64,000 bases of DNA from Acidimicrobiia bacterium (GCA_045862915.1 BTVE01000010.1:7968-71967), one strand, 5' to 3'. Numbered from the stretch's first letter, positions 9,308 to 17,322 are shown. Translations and numbers: made by a program. The notes: a model not told the origin generated them from the sequence alone.

Positions 9308-9759
9308 GCGGCTTGATGATTGCCGATCCGCGCGCCGGTCGCGCTGCCAATCAGGTAGTCGAGCGAGAACATTCCTGGGCCCTTCGCCAGAATCAACAGC
9401 AGCGTACCGGCCCAGTAGAGGTGGTCGGCCCATGCGTTGGGATACACGAACGTCTGGATCACCGCGATCATGCCAAACAAGGGCAGCGTCGCGAGACGCG
9501 TTCCGAGACCGAGGAACAGGAACACCGGCAGCGCGAGCTCCTGAATCATGGCCATGCGGGCCCCGAACTCGGGGTCCAGAAAGGGCACCTTGTATTCGTC
9601 GCGGAAGAGCAACACGGTGAATTCAAAGGACTCGTATTTGAGGAGTCCGGCCTTGAAGAACACCATGCCGACGCCAACACGCGCGAGCAGCAGTAGCACG
9701 GACATGGGAATCCGGTCGAGGTGGGACGTGATGGCGTGATAACGGGCAGCTAGGGACAT
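9304..9759 (-). CDS. bufD: DoxX family membrane protein (BufD-like)
   Basis: 151 aa, four TM segments, DoxX-like N-terminus RIPMSVLLLLARVGVGMVFFKAG. Last conserved gene of DUF2282/DUF692/DUF2063/DoxX operons. Confidence 0.8.
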   Translation of the reverse strand: MSLAARYHAITSHLDRIPMSVLLLLARVGVGMVFFKAGLLKYESFEFTVLLFRDEYKVPFLDPEFGARMAMIQELALPVFLFLGLGTRLATLPLFGMIAVIQTFVYPNAWADHLYWAGTLLLILAKGPGMFSLDYLIGSATGARIGNHQAA

Positions 9760-10508
9760 ACAACAAGACCTTCGGAAAACAATTGGAGGAGAGTGGCGCC
9801 AGGGTCGAACGTGTCGTCGGCATCGAGTGCCGCACCGGCCGCGCCTTCAATGGAGTGGCCGTTGGCAAGCGCACGGCGGAAGCACCAGTCGCCCTGCGAG
9901 ATGGAACGAATCGTCACGTCTCCGCGCGAGCCTCGAACTTCAATCCAGCGGGGCGAGTCGTCGAGGGTGAACCGCTCAGGCGCCGCTTCGGAGAGGAACG
10001 CGCGCATCAGGTCATCGACGTTGTGAGCGGCCGCGACCCACGCGGTTCCCGGCTGAAGCGCGAGTGTCTGCGTGCCGAGGCCGGTGGGCCCCTGCGTCTG
10101 CAGCCACTGGACAGGCACCGATGGACGCGCGACTTCCACCGAGACACGCCCGAACTCCCATTCCAGCCTTGCGAACGCCTCCAAGTACGTGATGTGCGCG
10201 AGGGGTGCTCGTGCGCCCAGCCACGCCGGAAAGAGCGCGCCAAACTCCGCCATGCAGAAGACACGCGGCGGATGGACGGCGACGAACTCGCGCGCGGCAT
10301 CCATCACGGCGGCATCGCCAATCAGCCACGCCGTAGCAGGGAATCGACCACACAACGTTTCGATCAGGCTGGCCTGATAGTGACGCCGGTGAATCGTGAG
10401 CCGCCTCGTCGGATCGGCGCCGCCGATCAGAAGTGGCTTCACCCAAGCGTCGTCGGACATGACGACCCCTGCGCGCACGGCGGCCTGCGTCTCAGCCAGC
10501 GAGGGCAT
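9750..10508 (-). CDS. bufC: DUF2063 protein (BufC-like partner of the MNIO enzyme)
   Basis: ORF 9750..10574. The ATG at 10508 gives MPSLAETQAAVRAGVV, a typical DUF2063 start. Overlaps both neighbours. Confidence 0.75.
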   Translation of the reverse strand: MPSLAETQAAVRAGVVMSDDAWVKPLLIGGADPTRRLTIHRRHYQASLIETLCGRFPATAWLIGDAAVMDAAREFVAVHPPRVFCMAEFGALFPAWLGARAPLAHITYLEAFARLEWEFGRVSVEVARPSVPVQWLQTQGPTGLGTQTLALQPGTAWVAAAHNVDDLMRAFLSEAAPERFTLDDSPRWIEVRGSRGDVTIRSISQGDWCFRRALANGHSIEGAAGAALDADDTFDPGATLLQLFSEGLVVCP

Positions 10509-11400
10509 ACGTGCGGGTCCCCGACAGATTGTGTTCAGCCGCCGTGACGCCCGCCTCAGCGTGCGTCCGTGCACGCCGGGCCTCGTGGATCAACGAGCCG
10601 AGATCCTGAATGTCGTTGTCGCGTTCGATCAGCGTGGGTTTCGAGCCAATGTGGGCGACCGCGTATTCGTACAACGCCCATGACGCCTCATCAACCACGG
10701 TGCCATGCGTGTCGATGATGACCGTCCCCCCAGGTGTCGCGTCATCGTCTTCAACCTCGAACCCGCCGAGGTGCAGTTCGCCGACCGCAGACCAGGGGAG
10801 CGCTCGCACGTACGCGTGCGCGTCGAAGCCCATGTTGTGTGCGCTGAGGTGGATGTTGCTGACGTCCACCAGGAGCCGGCATCCTGTGCGCGCCACCAGT
10901 TCAGTCAGGAACTCCGGCTCGGTCATCGTCGAGCCGACAAAGCCGACGTAGCTGGAGGGGTTTTCCAGCAGAAACGACCGGCCAAACGTGTCCTGCACTT
11001 CGTTGATGTGTTGTGTGAGCACGGACAGGGATTCGTCGGTGTACGGCAGCGGGAGCAGGTCGTTGAGATATTCCCCCTCGTGGGTGGACCACGCGACGTG
11101 ACCGGAGAGCAGCACGGGGTTCACGCGATCGACGAGCGCCTTCACGCGGTGAAGGTGCGCGCGGTCAACGCCTGACGTGCTGCCGACCGACACACCAACG
11201 GTGTGAATCGAGATTGGGTAGTGCTCGGCGATCTGCAGCAGCAGTTCGGTGGCGTGCGGGTTGGCGAGGAACGACTCCGGGTGCACCTCGAAGAACGGGA
11301 CGTGTGGTCGGGTGGCCACCACCTCGGCCAGATGCGGGAGCCGCAGGCCGAGTCCGGCGCCTGAGTCGAGCGGATTCAGGGATGCGCGCATGATGACCAC
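10492..11400 (-). CDS. bufB: DUF692 / MNIO family enzyme (BufB-like, MbnB-related)
   Basis: 302 aa, TIM-barrel DUF692-like (GLGLRLPHLAEVV, HPESFL, SIHTVGVSVGS). Start is GTG 11400 or ATG 11391. Confidence 0.85.
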   Translation of the reverse strand: MVIMRASLNPLDSGAGLGLRLPHLAEVVATRPHVPFFEVHPESFLANPHATELLLQIAEHYPISIHTVGVSVGSTSGVDRAHLHRVKALVDRVNPVLLSGHVAWSTHEGEYLNDLLPLPYTDESLSVLTQHINEVQDTFGRSFLLENPSSYVGFVGSTMTEPEFLTELVARTGCRLLVDVSNIHLSAHNMGFDAHAYVRALPWSAVGELHLGGFEVEDDDATPGGTVIIDTHGTVVDEASWALYEYAVAHIGSKPTLIERDNDIQDLGSLIHEARRARTHAEAGVTAAEHNLSGTRTYALAG

Positions 11401-11413
11401 CCGTCCTGAGCTG

Positions 11414-11692
11414 TTACATCGGCTGCTTCGTGCCGTTGACGATGCGCTCGCAGTAGCCCTCGGCGACGAAGATCCACGCCTTCGGATCGCCGTTCATCTT
11501 CGAGTGTCCGGCGCACGAGTTGTTGCCGGTGGACGCGCAGTCGTTTTTGCCGGCCTTGGCAATGCCGTAGCACTTCTCGGCCTTGAACGCCGGGGCCTGG
11601 GCTTGAGTTGTGGTGACCGCAGCGTAGAGTGCGGGAGCGGAGACAGCGGCCGCAAGGGCCGAGGCGATGACGAGACGTTTGTTGACGGGCAT
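11414..11692 (-). CDS. bufA: DUF2282 secreted peptide, bufferin-type RiPP precursor (BufA1-like)
   Basis: The ATG at 11692 is preceded by AAGGAG. Sec signal MPVNKRLVIASALAAAVSAPALYA. The core has four Cys: EKCYGIAKAGKNDCASTGNNSCAGHSKMNGDPKAWIFVAEGYCE. Confidence 0.85.
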   Translation of the reverse strand: MPVNKRLVIASALAAAVSAPALYAAVTTTQAQAPAFKAEKCYGIAKAGKNDCASTGNNSCAGHSKMNGDPKAWIFVAEGYCERIVNGTKQPM

Positions 11693-11754
11693 AAGTGAAC
11701 TCCTTGTGAAAGAAACGATTCGACGACAACGGTGATTGCCGTGCCACTGTCTGT

Positions 11755-11780
11755 TTCGCAAGGGTCGAGCGGGCGGTTAC
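11755..11780 (-). promoter_or_regulatory. ECF (sigma-F/ECF16-type) promoter for the buf operon
   Basis: Minus strand reads GTAACC-gcccgctcgacccttg(16 nt)-CGAA. The CGAA box ends 62 nt upstream of the bufA ATG. Confidence 0.65.
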
Positions 11781-11813
11781 ATCGTGCGAAGCTCACGCCG
11801 AGACGCCGGCGCC

Positions 11814-12718
11814 CTAAACGTCGCGCAATCGATGCGCCTTGCGGCCACCGCGGCACGTCGTGTCGTGGTGCGGCGTCTGCACAAGACGAGCCGCAGTGGT
11901 CAGGGATCGATCCATCAGGCTCCGCGCCGCTTCGTGCAGGTCGTGGCTGTTGCTGACGTCGGCGACGTTGCGTTCCATGTCTTCCGCCGTCCAGCCGCGG
12001 GAGTGGGCGATGTACGGGAACGGGGGAAACACGCAGCCGATTTCCGCGAAGAACCCCAGCAGTTGTCCGGCGACGGCCTGCACGTTGTCCTGGCCGCCGG
12101 TGATGATCATCGCGGCCACCTTGTTCTGAATCAGTTCACGGTTGCGAATCGTGATCTGGTTCTGCACGCAGTTGAGGCGCTCCACCATCTTGTAATACAG
12201 CGCGCTGGCGCCCCCCCATCGAATCGGCGTCGCAATCAGGATCACGTCCGCCCAATGGACGATCGCTTCGTAGACCTGATCCATCTGGTCGCTCTTGTCC
12301 ATCTGCGTGATGGAACATGGCCGACCCGCAAGGGGCCGGCGGCGCGTGCGACCGGGCGCGCCAGTGGATGGGGTTCGTGCGGCATCTTGTGTCGCGAGGT
12401 GGCAGGCGTGAGATTGACCCATACGTGGCCGTCACGCAGCTCGACGTCGTGTCTGGGCACGCGGTCGGCCTCGTAGCCGGGTTCGCCTTCCCCGGTCCGG
12501 CAGTGAAACTTCCAGCCGTGCCACGGGCACGTCACGTAGTTGCCGTCCAGCCGCCCATCGCCCAGCGGGCCGCCGACGTCATTGCACACGCCTGAGATCG
12601 CGCTGAACTCGTCGTCAACATACGAGAGCGCCAGTCGCGTGCGGCCGTGTGTGATCGACTGCAGGGGGCGCGCTTTCAGCGCATCCGCGAGACCAAGGTC
12701 TACCCAGTTGTCAGCCAT
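11814..12718 (-). pseudogene. Rieske [2Fe-2S] domain fused to an Isf-like flavodoxin-fold FMN reductase, disrupted by a frameshift/internal deletion
   Basis: Two overlapping ORFs in different frames (12242..12718 and 11814..12422). The first carries a Rieske-like CNDVGGPL...CPWHGW and ends ...GPLRVGHV. The second begins homology at CSITQMDKSDQMDQVYEAIVHWADVILIATPIRWGG. The beta1-alpha1-beta2 part of the flavodoxin fold is absent. Confidence 0.55.
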
Positions 12719-12738
12719 GCCGCACGAGTCTACCGGAC

Positions 12739-12764
12739 TTCGACCGGCAGACGACTTCGGTAAC
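12739..12764 (-). promoter_or_regulatory. ECF-type promoter for the Rieske/flavodoxin gene
   Basis: Minus strand reads GTTACC-gaagtcgtctgccggt(16 nt)-CGAA, 20 nt upstream of the ATG at 12718. Its -35 box overlaps the -35 box of the opposite promoter. Confidence 0.5.
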
Positions 12765-12785
12765 TTCCGTCACCCGACCTTCGAA
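12760..12785 (+). promoter_or_regulatory. ECF-type promoter for the cytochrome P460-like gene
   Basis: Plus strand reads GTAACT-tccgtcacccgacctt(16 nt)-CGAA. It is followed by GGAGG (12797..12801) and the ATG at 12808. Confidence 0.5.
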
Positions 12786-12807
12786 GTCAGTGCATTGGAG
12801 GTCATTG

Positions 12808-13356
12808 ATGATAAATGTTCGCATTGCCGTGGTCGGAGGGGTGCTGTGCGCAGTTGCCGGATGCAGCGGCACAACGGCGCCCGCCGCTGACGCTCCTGGA
12901 TCGTCCGGCGTGCGGAGTGACGCCGACTTGTTCCGCCTGGTCACCCAGTCGGATCCGTTCACGCAATACACAGTGTTTCCACGGGTCGAGGAGTTCGCGA
13001 CCGGCCGACTGAACGGGTCAGAGGCGCACGCGCCCGTGGTCCGTGTGACACTCAACGCGACCGCTGCCGGCGCGCTTGTGGACGGCCGGCTTCCCGCAGG
13101 GAGAACCTTTCCGGATGGTGCCGTCGTGTTCAAGGAAGTGCGACCTTCCGCGACCGCCGCGCCAACGCTCTACGTGATCATGGTCAAGGACAGCACAAAC
13201 GGGGCGGCCGGGCAGGGATGGCTTTGGGCAGAGTACACACCAACAGGCGCCACGGCCTATTCCGTGGACCGTAGGGGTGGCGCCTGCATCAGCTGTCACT
13301 CACGCGAAGCCGGGCCCCAGCGGGATCTCGTCCGCACGTTCGAGCGCCAGCAGTAG
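12808..13356 (+). CDS. cytochrome P460-family haem lipoprotein
   Basis: ORF 12790..13356. The ATG at 12808 gives MINVRIAVVGGVLCAVAGCSG (lipobox). Single C-terminal haem motif CISCH in a roughly 180-aa protein with a GWLWAEY segment, as in the P460 family. Confidence 0.65.
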   Translation: MINVRIAVVGGVLCAVAGCSGTTAPAADAPGSSGVRSDADLFRLVTQSDPFTQYTVFPRVEEFATGRLNGSEAHAPVVRVTLNATAAGALVDGRLPAGRTFPDGAVVFKEVRPSATAAPTLYVIMVKDSTNGAAGQGWLWAEYTPTGATAYSVDRRGGACISCHSREAGPQRDLVRTFERQQ

Positions 13357-13371
13357 CAGTCCGGCCGCCAT

Positions 13372-13396
13372 GTAACCACCCGGCTGGTTGCCCGTA
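13372..13396 (+). promoter_or_regulatory. putative autoregulated ECF promoter of the sigma gene
   Basis: tGTAACC-acccggctggttgcc(15 nt)-CGTA, ending 7 nt before GTG 13404 and 16 nt before ATG 13413. Confidence 0.45.
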
Positions 13397-13412
13397 GTAC
13401 CGTGTGGCGTCC

Positions 13413-13979
13413 ATGACCGCCGCGGAAGAGGCCCAGGCCGCTGCGTTGATGCAGGCAGCACAGGGCGGAGACCAGACTGCATACATGCACCTGCTCGCGA
13501 CACTCACCATCGTCGCGCGGAGATTCGTGCGCCATCGTGCCGGCGCGACGACGTGGATCGACGATGCCGTGCAAGAGACGCTGATCTCCGTCCATCGCGC
13601 GCGTCACACATGGGACGGCACGCGTCCCTTTGCGCCCTGGTTCTACGCCATCGCCTCCCACCGCATCGTTGACGTGTATCGACGTGAACACCGGGTGCGG
13701 CTGCGCGAGGACGCGTCCGATCACCTGGAGGCGACCGCGTCTTCCCAGAACGTCGGCGACCCGGACGATGCCGTTGACATGGCGGCGGTGCACGCAGCGC
13801 TGGCTGCACTGCCGGCACGGCAGCGCGACATCGTGGAAGGCCTGAAGCTGCGGGAGGAATCGGTGAAAAGTCTGGCGGCCCGGCATGGGATGTCGGAGAG
13901 TGCGGTGAAGGTCATGGCGCACAGAGGCTACAAACGACTGCGAACGCTGCTGGGCGGGACGCCGGAGAACAGGTCATGA
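13413..13979 (+). CDS. ECF RNA polymerase sigma factor (SigF/ECF16-like by context)
   Basis: ORF from GTG 13404, ATG at 13413. Sigma-70 region 2 (DAVQETLISVHRARHTW..FAPWFYAIASHRIVDVYRRE) and region 4 (LPARQRDIVEGLKLREESVKSLAARHGMSESAVKVMAHRGYKRL). Confidence 0.9.
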   Translation: MTAAEEAQAAALMQAAQGGDQTAYMHLLATLTIVARRFVRHRAGATTWIDDAVQETLISVHRARHTWDGTRPFAPWFYAIASHRIVDVYRREHRVRLREDASDHLEATASSQNVGDPDDAVDMAAVHAALAALPARQRDIVEGLKLREESVKSLAARHGMSESAVKVMAHRGYKRLRTLLGGTPENRS

Positions 13980-14614
13980 GCCACGAACGACTGATTGCTG
14001 AACTTGTGGCGGATGTATCGCCGGTGACCCCGCTGCCGGCACCGCGCGTCCGTGCGGCCCGATGGATCCTCCTGGCAGTCGTGGCCGTCGGCGCGGCTGT
14101 CGCGCTGCGCGGCCTCCGTGACAACTGGCCGATGGCCATCTCCGATCCCGCCTTCGTGGTGACGACGGTGCTCGTCCTGGCGATTGGTGTCTCCGCCGCG
14201 ATGTTGACGATGGGCCTGGCCGTCCCCGGTGCTGTGAGCCGACCGTGGCTGCGGTGGATTCCCCCCGGCCTGCTGGTGGTGTGGTTGACGATCCTGCTCG
14301 TGGACGCCGCAATCGATGGTGCGCAGCTGACTCGGGGCGGGTGGGGCAGCAGCTGTCTGTGGAAGACGTGGGGCATCGGCGTCGGTCCCGCCGCGCTGTT
14401 GTTGACGATGGCGCGCAGTGCCACGCCACTCGACTGGCGATGGACGGCCGGCATGGCGGCCATTGCCGCGCTCGCGTTTGGTGTGCTCGGCACCGAGATG
14501 ATCTGCCCTGTGACCTCCCACGCCCACATCCTGACGTGGCACTTCCTGCCGGTAGCGCTGTCGTCAGCGGCGGTGTTTGGCGTTGTGGCTCTCTGGACGC
14601 GAAGCCGCGGGTAG
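13976..14614 (+). CDS. nrsF: NrsF-family (DUF1109) membrane anti-sigma factor
   Basis: ATGA overlap with the sigma gene. MSHERLIAELVADVSPVTPL is followed by six TM segments. Cys residues lie in predicted outer loops (SSCLWK, ICPVTSHAH). Confidence 0.8.
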   Translation: MSHERLIAELVADVSPVTPLPAPRVRAARWILLAVVAVGAAVALRGLRDNWPMAISDPAFVVTTVLVLAIGVSAAMLTMGLAVPGAVSRPWLRWIPPGLLVVWLTILLVDAAIDGAQLTRGGWGSSCLWKTWGIGVGPAALLLTMARSATPLDWRWTAGMAAIAALAFGVLGTEMICPVTSHAHILTWHFLPVALSSAAVFGVVALWTRSRG

Positions 14615-14675
14615 TCAACCCGTCCCCATCGGTCGGGGAATTTCCCACGAGGTGTCGCTGAGGAAATTGCCTGAG

Positions 14676-16448
14676 GTGCCGATTCGTGGGCGGCTGTGTT
14701 GTTCCAGGTACGGCATCGACATTGCGTTGACCCGCCCTGTGAAGCCGTTCGAGGTTCGAGTTGATCCTCAATCGGGGCAGCGGTACGTGGCGGTCAGTGT
14801 CAGAGGCGCGGCGCTCAAGGACGACCCGGTCCTGAACAAGGGCACGTGTTTCACCTCGGATGAACGGGAACAACTCGGGTTGCTCGGGCTGCTTCCCCCA
14901 GCCGTGCAGTCACCGGTCGACCAGGTGGAGCGCGCCTGGGGCAACTACCAGCGCGCGGGTGATGACGTCCACCGGTATCTCTTTCTCGCCGGTCTGCAGG
15001 ATCGCAACGAGCACCTGTTTGCGCAGCTCGTGTTGCAGCACCTCGAAGAAATGGTGCCCGTCATCTACACCCCGACGGTCGGCAAAGCGTGTGAGCAATA
15101 CAGTCACATCTACCGGCGCGCCCGCGGTCTCTACATCTCAGCCGCCGATCGGGGCCGCATCGCCGCGGTGCTCCGCAACAGCCGGGTCAGTCCCCGTGTG
15201 ATCGTCGCGACCGACAACGAGGCGATTCTGGGAATCGGTGATCAAGGTGTCGGCGGCATGCCGATCGCGATTGGCAAGCTGGCGCTGTATGCGATTGGCG
15301 CGGGTGTGCATCCGGCCGAATGCCTGCCGATCGATCTTGACGTGGGCACCGACAACCCCGGCCTGCTGGCCGATCCGATCTATCTCGGCGCGCGGCATCG
15401 ACGCCTGCGGGGTGACGCCTATTTCGATCTGCTGGATGAGTTCGTGGAGGCTGTCGCCACCGTGTTTCCGAGCGCGCTGGTTCAGTGGGAGGACTTCGCC
15501 AATCGCAACGCCTTCCAGGTTCTCGATCGGTACCGTCGCCGCGTGTTGTCGTTCAACGACGACATTCAGGGCACCGGAGCCATCGTGCTGGCCGGCATCC
15601 GCGCGGGGCTGCGCAGGATCGGCCGACCGCTGTCGGACACGCGCGTAGTGTTTCTGGGCGCGGGCGCGTCCGGTGCCGGCTGCGCACTCGCCGTGCGGGA
15701 GGCACTCCGCGGTGCCGGCGTGGGTGAACGGGATCTGGCCCGGCGCTTCCTGTGCCTCGACTCGCAGGGCCTGATCGTCGCCGACCGGCCCGGCCTGTCT
15801 GGTGCCAAGCAACAGATCGCCACCGATCCGGATCTGGTCGCGAGCTGGCGGCGCGAAGGTGATGGCACTCTGCGCCTGCCGGAAGTCGTTCGGCAGTTCG
15901 CACCGCAGGTGCTGGTGGGCGTGTCGGGGCAGCCCGGCGCGTTCACTGAGTCCATCGTGCGTGACATGGCCGCCTCCGGACCGCCCATCATCCTGGCGTT
16001 GTCCAATCCCACCAGCCGTGTGGAGGTGACGCCCGCCGAAGTGCTGGCCTGGACCAATGGCACCGCGATCGTGGGAACGGGCAGCCCGTTTCCACCGGTC
16101 ACCGTTGACGGCATCCCTCGACGCATCGGTCAGGGCAACAACGTGTTCATCTTCCCCGGAGTCGGTCTCGGTGCCACGGCAGTCCAGGCCCGCTGGCTGC
16201 CCGATCAGGCGTTCTCCGCGGCGGCCGAAGCGGTCTTCCGCTTCACGCTGGCTACCAGCGACGACGCGATCTTTCCACCACTCGCGGCGCTGCGTGAGGT
16301 GTCGCGCCAGGTGGCGATTGCCGTCGGCCGCGACCTCGTGGCTTGCGGCGCGGCACCCGCGCTGGATGACGCCGAGGTGGAACGCCGGGTGGATGCCGGC
16401 ATGTGGACACCGGACTATCTGCCGTACCGTCCGGTCAGCGCGGGATAA
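14676..16448 (+). CDS. NAD(P)-dependent malic enzyme
   Basis: ORF 14577..16448. Motifs LNKGTCFT, VIYTPTVG, NDDIQGTG, FLGAGASG. The start is uncertain: GTG 14676 follows GAGGAA, and TTG 14727 or GTG 14739 are also in frame. Confidence 0.9.
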   Translation: MPIRGRLCCSRYGIDIALTRPVKPFEVRVDPQSGQRYVAVSVRGAALKDDPVLNKGTCFTSDEREQLGLLGLLPPAVQSPVDQVERAWGNYQRAGDDVHRYLFLAGLQDRNEHLFAQLVLQHLEEMVPVIYTPTVGKACEQYSHIYRRARGLYISAADRGRIAAVLRNSRVSPRVIVATDNEAILGIGDQGVGGMPIAIGKLALYAIGAGVHPAECLPIDLDVGTDNPGLLADPIYLGARHRRLRGDAYFDLLDEFVEAVATVFPSALVQWEDFANRNAFQVLDRYRRRVLSFNDDIQGTGAIVLAGIRAGLRRIGRPLSDTRVVFLGAGASGAGCALAVREALRGAGVGERDLARRFLCLDSQGLIVADRPGLSGAKQQIATDPDLVASWRREGDGTLRLPEVVRQFAPQVLVGVSGQPGAFTESIVRDMAASGPPIILALSNPTSRVEVTPAEVLAWTNGTAIVGTGSPFPPVTVDGIPRRIGQGNNVFIFPGVGLGATAVQARWLPDQAFSAAAEAVFRFTLATSDDAIFPPLAALREVSRQVAIAVGRDLVACGAAPALDDAEVERRVDAGMWTPDYLPYRPVSAG

Positions 16449-16455
16449 GGACCGG

Positions 16456-16806
16456 TCACCTGCGCACGACGATCGTCACTTCGTTGTCCACGCCCGCCGC
16501 AATCGTGTGCACAACGACCGTTGTCGCATACCCTCGAGCCGACACGGTGAAGCGGTAGGCGCCTGGCGGCACACCGATGAAGTCAAACCGGCCGCGGGCA
16601 TCGGCCATGGTGTCGAACGGCTTCAGCGGCGAATCCGGATCGACGGGATCGATGGAAACCGCGGCGTCGGGAATCGACGCGCGGTATTCGTCAAACACGC
16701 GCCCCCGCACCTGACCCGTCGGCGCGTCCGACACGTGCGCCAGCTGGGCCGGCCAGGTCAGAACCACGAACAGCAGCGCGGCGACAGACAGCATCGGCTT
16801 CATCAT
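16456..16806 (-). CDS. small secreted carboxypeptidase-regulatory-like (Ig-fold) domain protein
   Basis: Only the last 116 codons of ORF 16456..17283 look real. MMKPMLSVAALLFVVLTWPAQL is a signal peptide, and GRVFD...ARGRFDFIGVPPGAYRFTVSARGY is CarboxypepD_reg-like. Confidence 0.6.
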   Translation of the reverse strand: MMKPMLSVAALLFVVLTWPAQLAHVSDAPTGQVRGRVFDEYRASIPDAAVSIDPVDPDSPLKPFDTMADARGRFDFIGVPPGAYRFTVSARGYATTVVVHTIAAGVDNEVTIVVRR

Positions 16807-16845
16807 TGTGAACGTGTTACCGTGGTGGCGAAAGGACAAGTCGCC

Positions 16846-17292
16846 ATGTCGAAGCACTCTGATGCAGTGGTTGATGCCCTCTCCCGCCTGCTGGCCGACA
16901 GCTACACGCTCTACCTCAAGACGCACAACTATCACTGGAACGTGACCGGGCCGATGTTTACGACTCTGCACACGTTGTTCATGACGCAGTACTCGGAGCT
17001 GGCGCTGGCGGTGGATGACATCGCAGAGCGAATCCGATCCCTGGGCGCGTACGCACCAGGCAGTTACACCGACTTCAAGGCGTTGTCCAAGGTGAAGGAA
17101 GCCAGCGGTCACCCCTCGGCCACGCAGATGATCAAGACGCTCGTGGCCGATCAGGCCACCATCGTCGAGGCCGCTCGAGCCGTCTTCAAGGCCGCCGAGA
17201 AGGCCGGGGACCAGGCGACGGCAGACCTGGCCACGCGCCGGCTGGACGTCCATGAAAAGAACGCGTGGATGCTCCGGAGCCACCTCGAGTAA
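16846..17292 (+). CDS. dps: Dps (DNA starvation/stationary phase protection, ferritin-like)
   Basis: The ATG at 16846 lies inside ORF 16057..17292. LADSYTLYLKTHNYHWNVTGPMFTTLHTLFMTQYSELALAVDDIAERI carries the ferroxidase residues. Confidence 0.9.
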   Translation: MSKHSDAVVDALSRLLADSYTLYLKTHNYHWNVTGPMFTTLHTLFMTQYSELALAVDDIAERIRSLGAYAPGSYTDFKALSKVKEASGHPSATQMIKTLVADQATIVEAARAVFKAAEKAGDQATADLATRRLDVHEKNAWMLRSHLE

Positions 17293-17314
17293 CCTGCACG
17301 CGGGACTGAACGAA
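17289..17314 (+). promoter_or_regulatory. ECF (sigma-F-type) promoter for the redoxin gene
   Basis: Perfect GTAACC-tgcacgcgggactgaa(16 nt)-CGAA. The -35 box overlaps the dps TAA. The CGAA box ends 8 nt before the ATG at 17323, implying a leaderless or near-leaderless mRNA. Confidence 0.6.
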
Positions 17315-17322
17315 AGGTAGTC

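Noticed and set aside
14636-14671. Inverted repeat GGGAATTTCC-N16-GGAAATTGCC (9/10 match) between nrsF and the malic enzyme gene.
   Set aside because: It could be a terminator or an operator, but it is imperfect, isolated, and overlaps my uncertain start/RBS assignment. There is not enough evidence to call it.
16057-17292. 411-aa ORF (plus strand) and 275-aa ORF 16456..17283 (minus strand) overlapping each other.
   Set aside because: Only the Dps part (16846..17292) and the small signal-peptide protein (16456..16806) have protein-like sequence. The rest is malic-enzyme overlap or shadow sequence.
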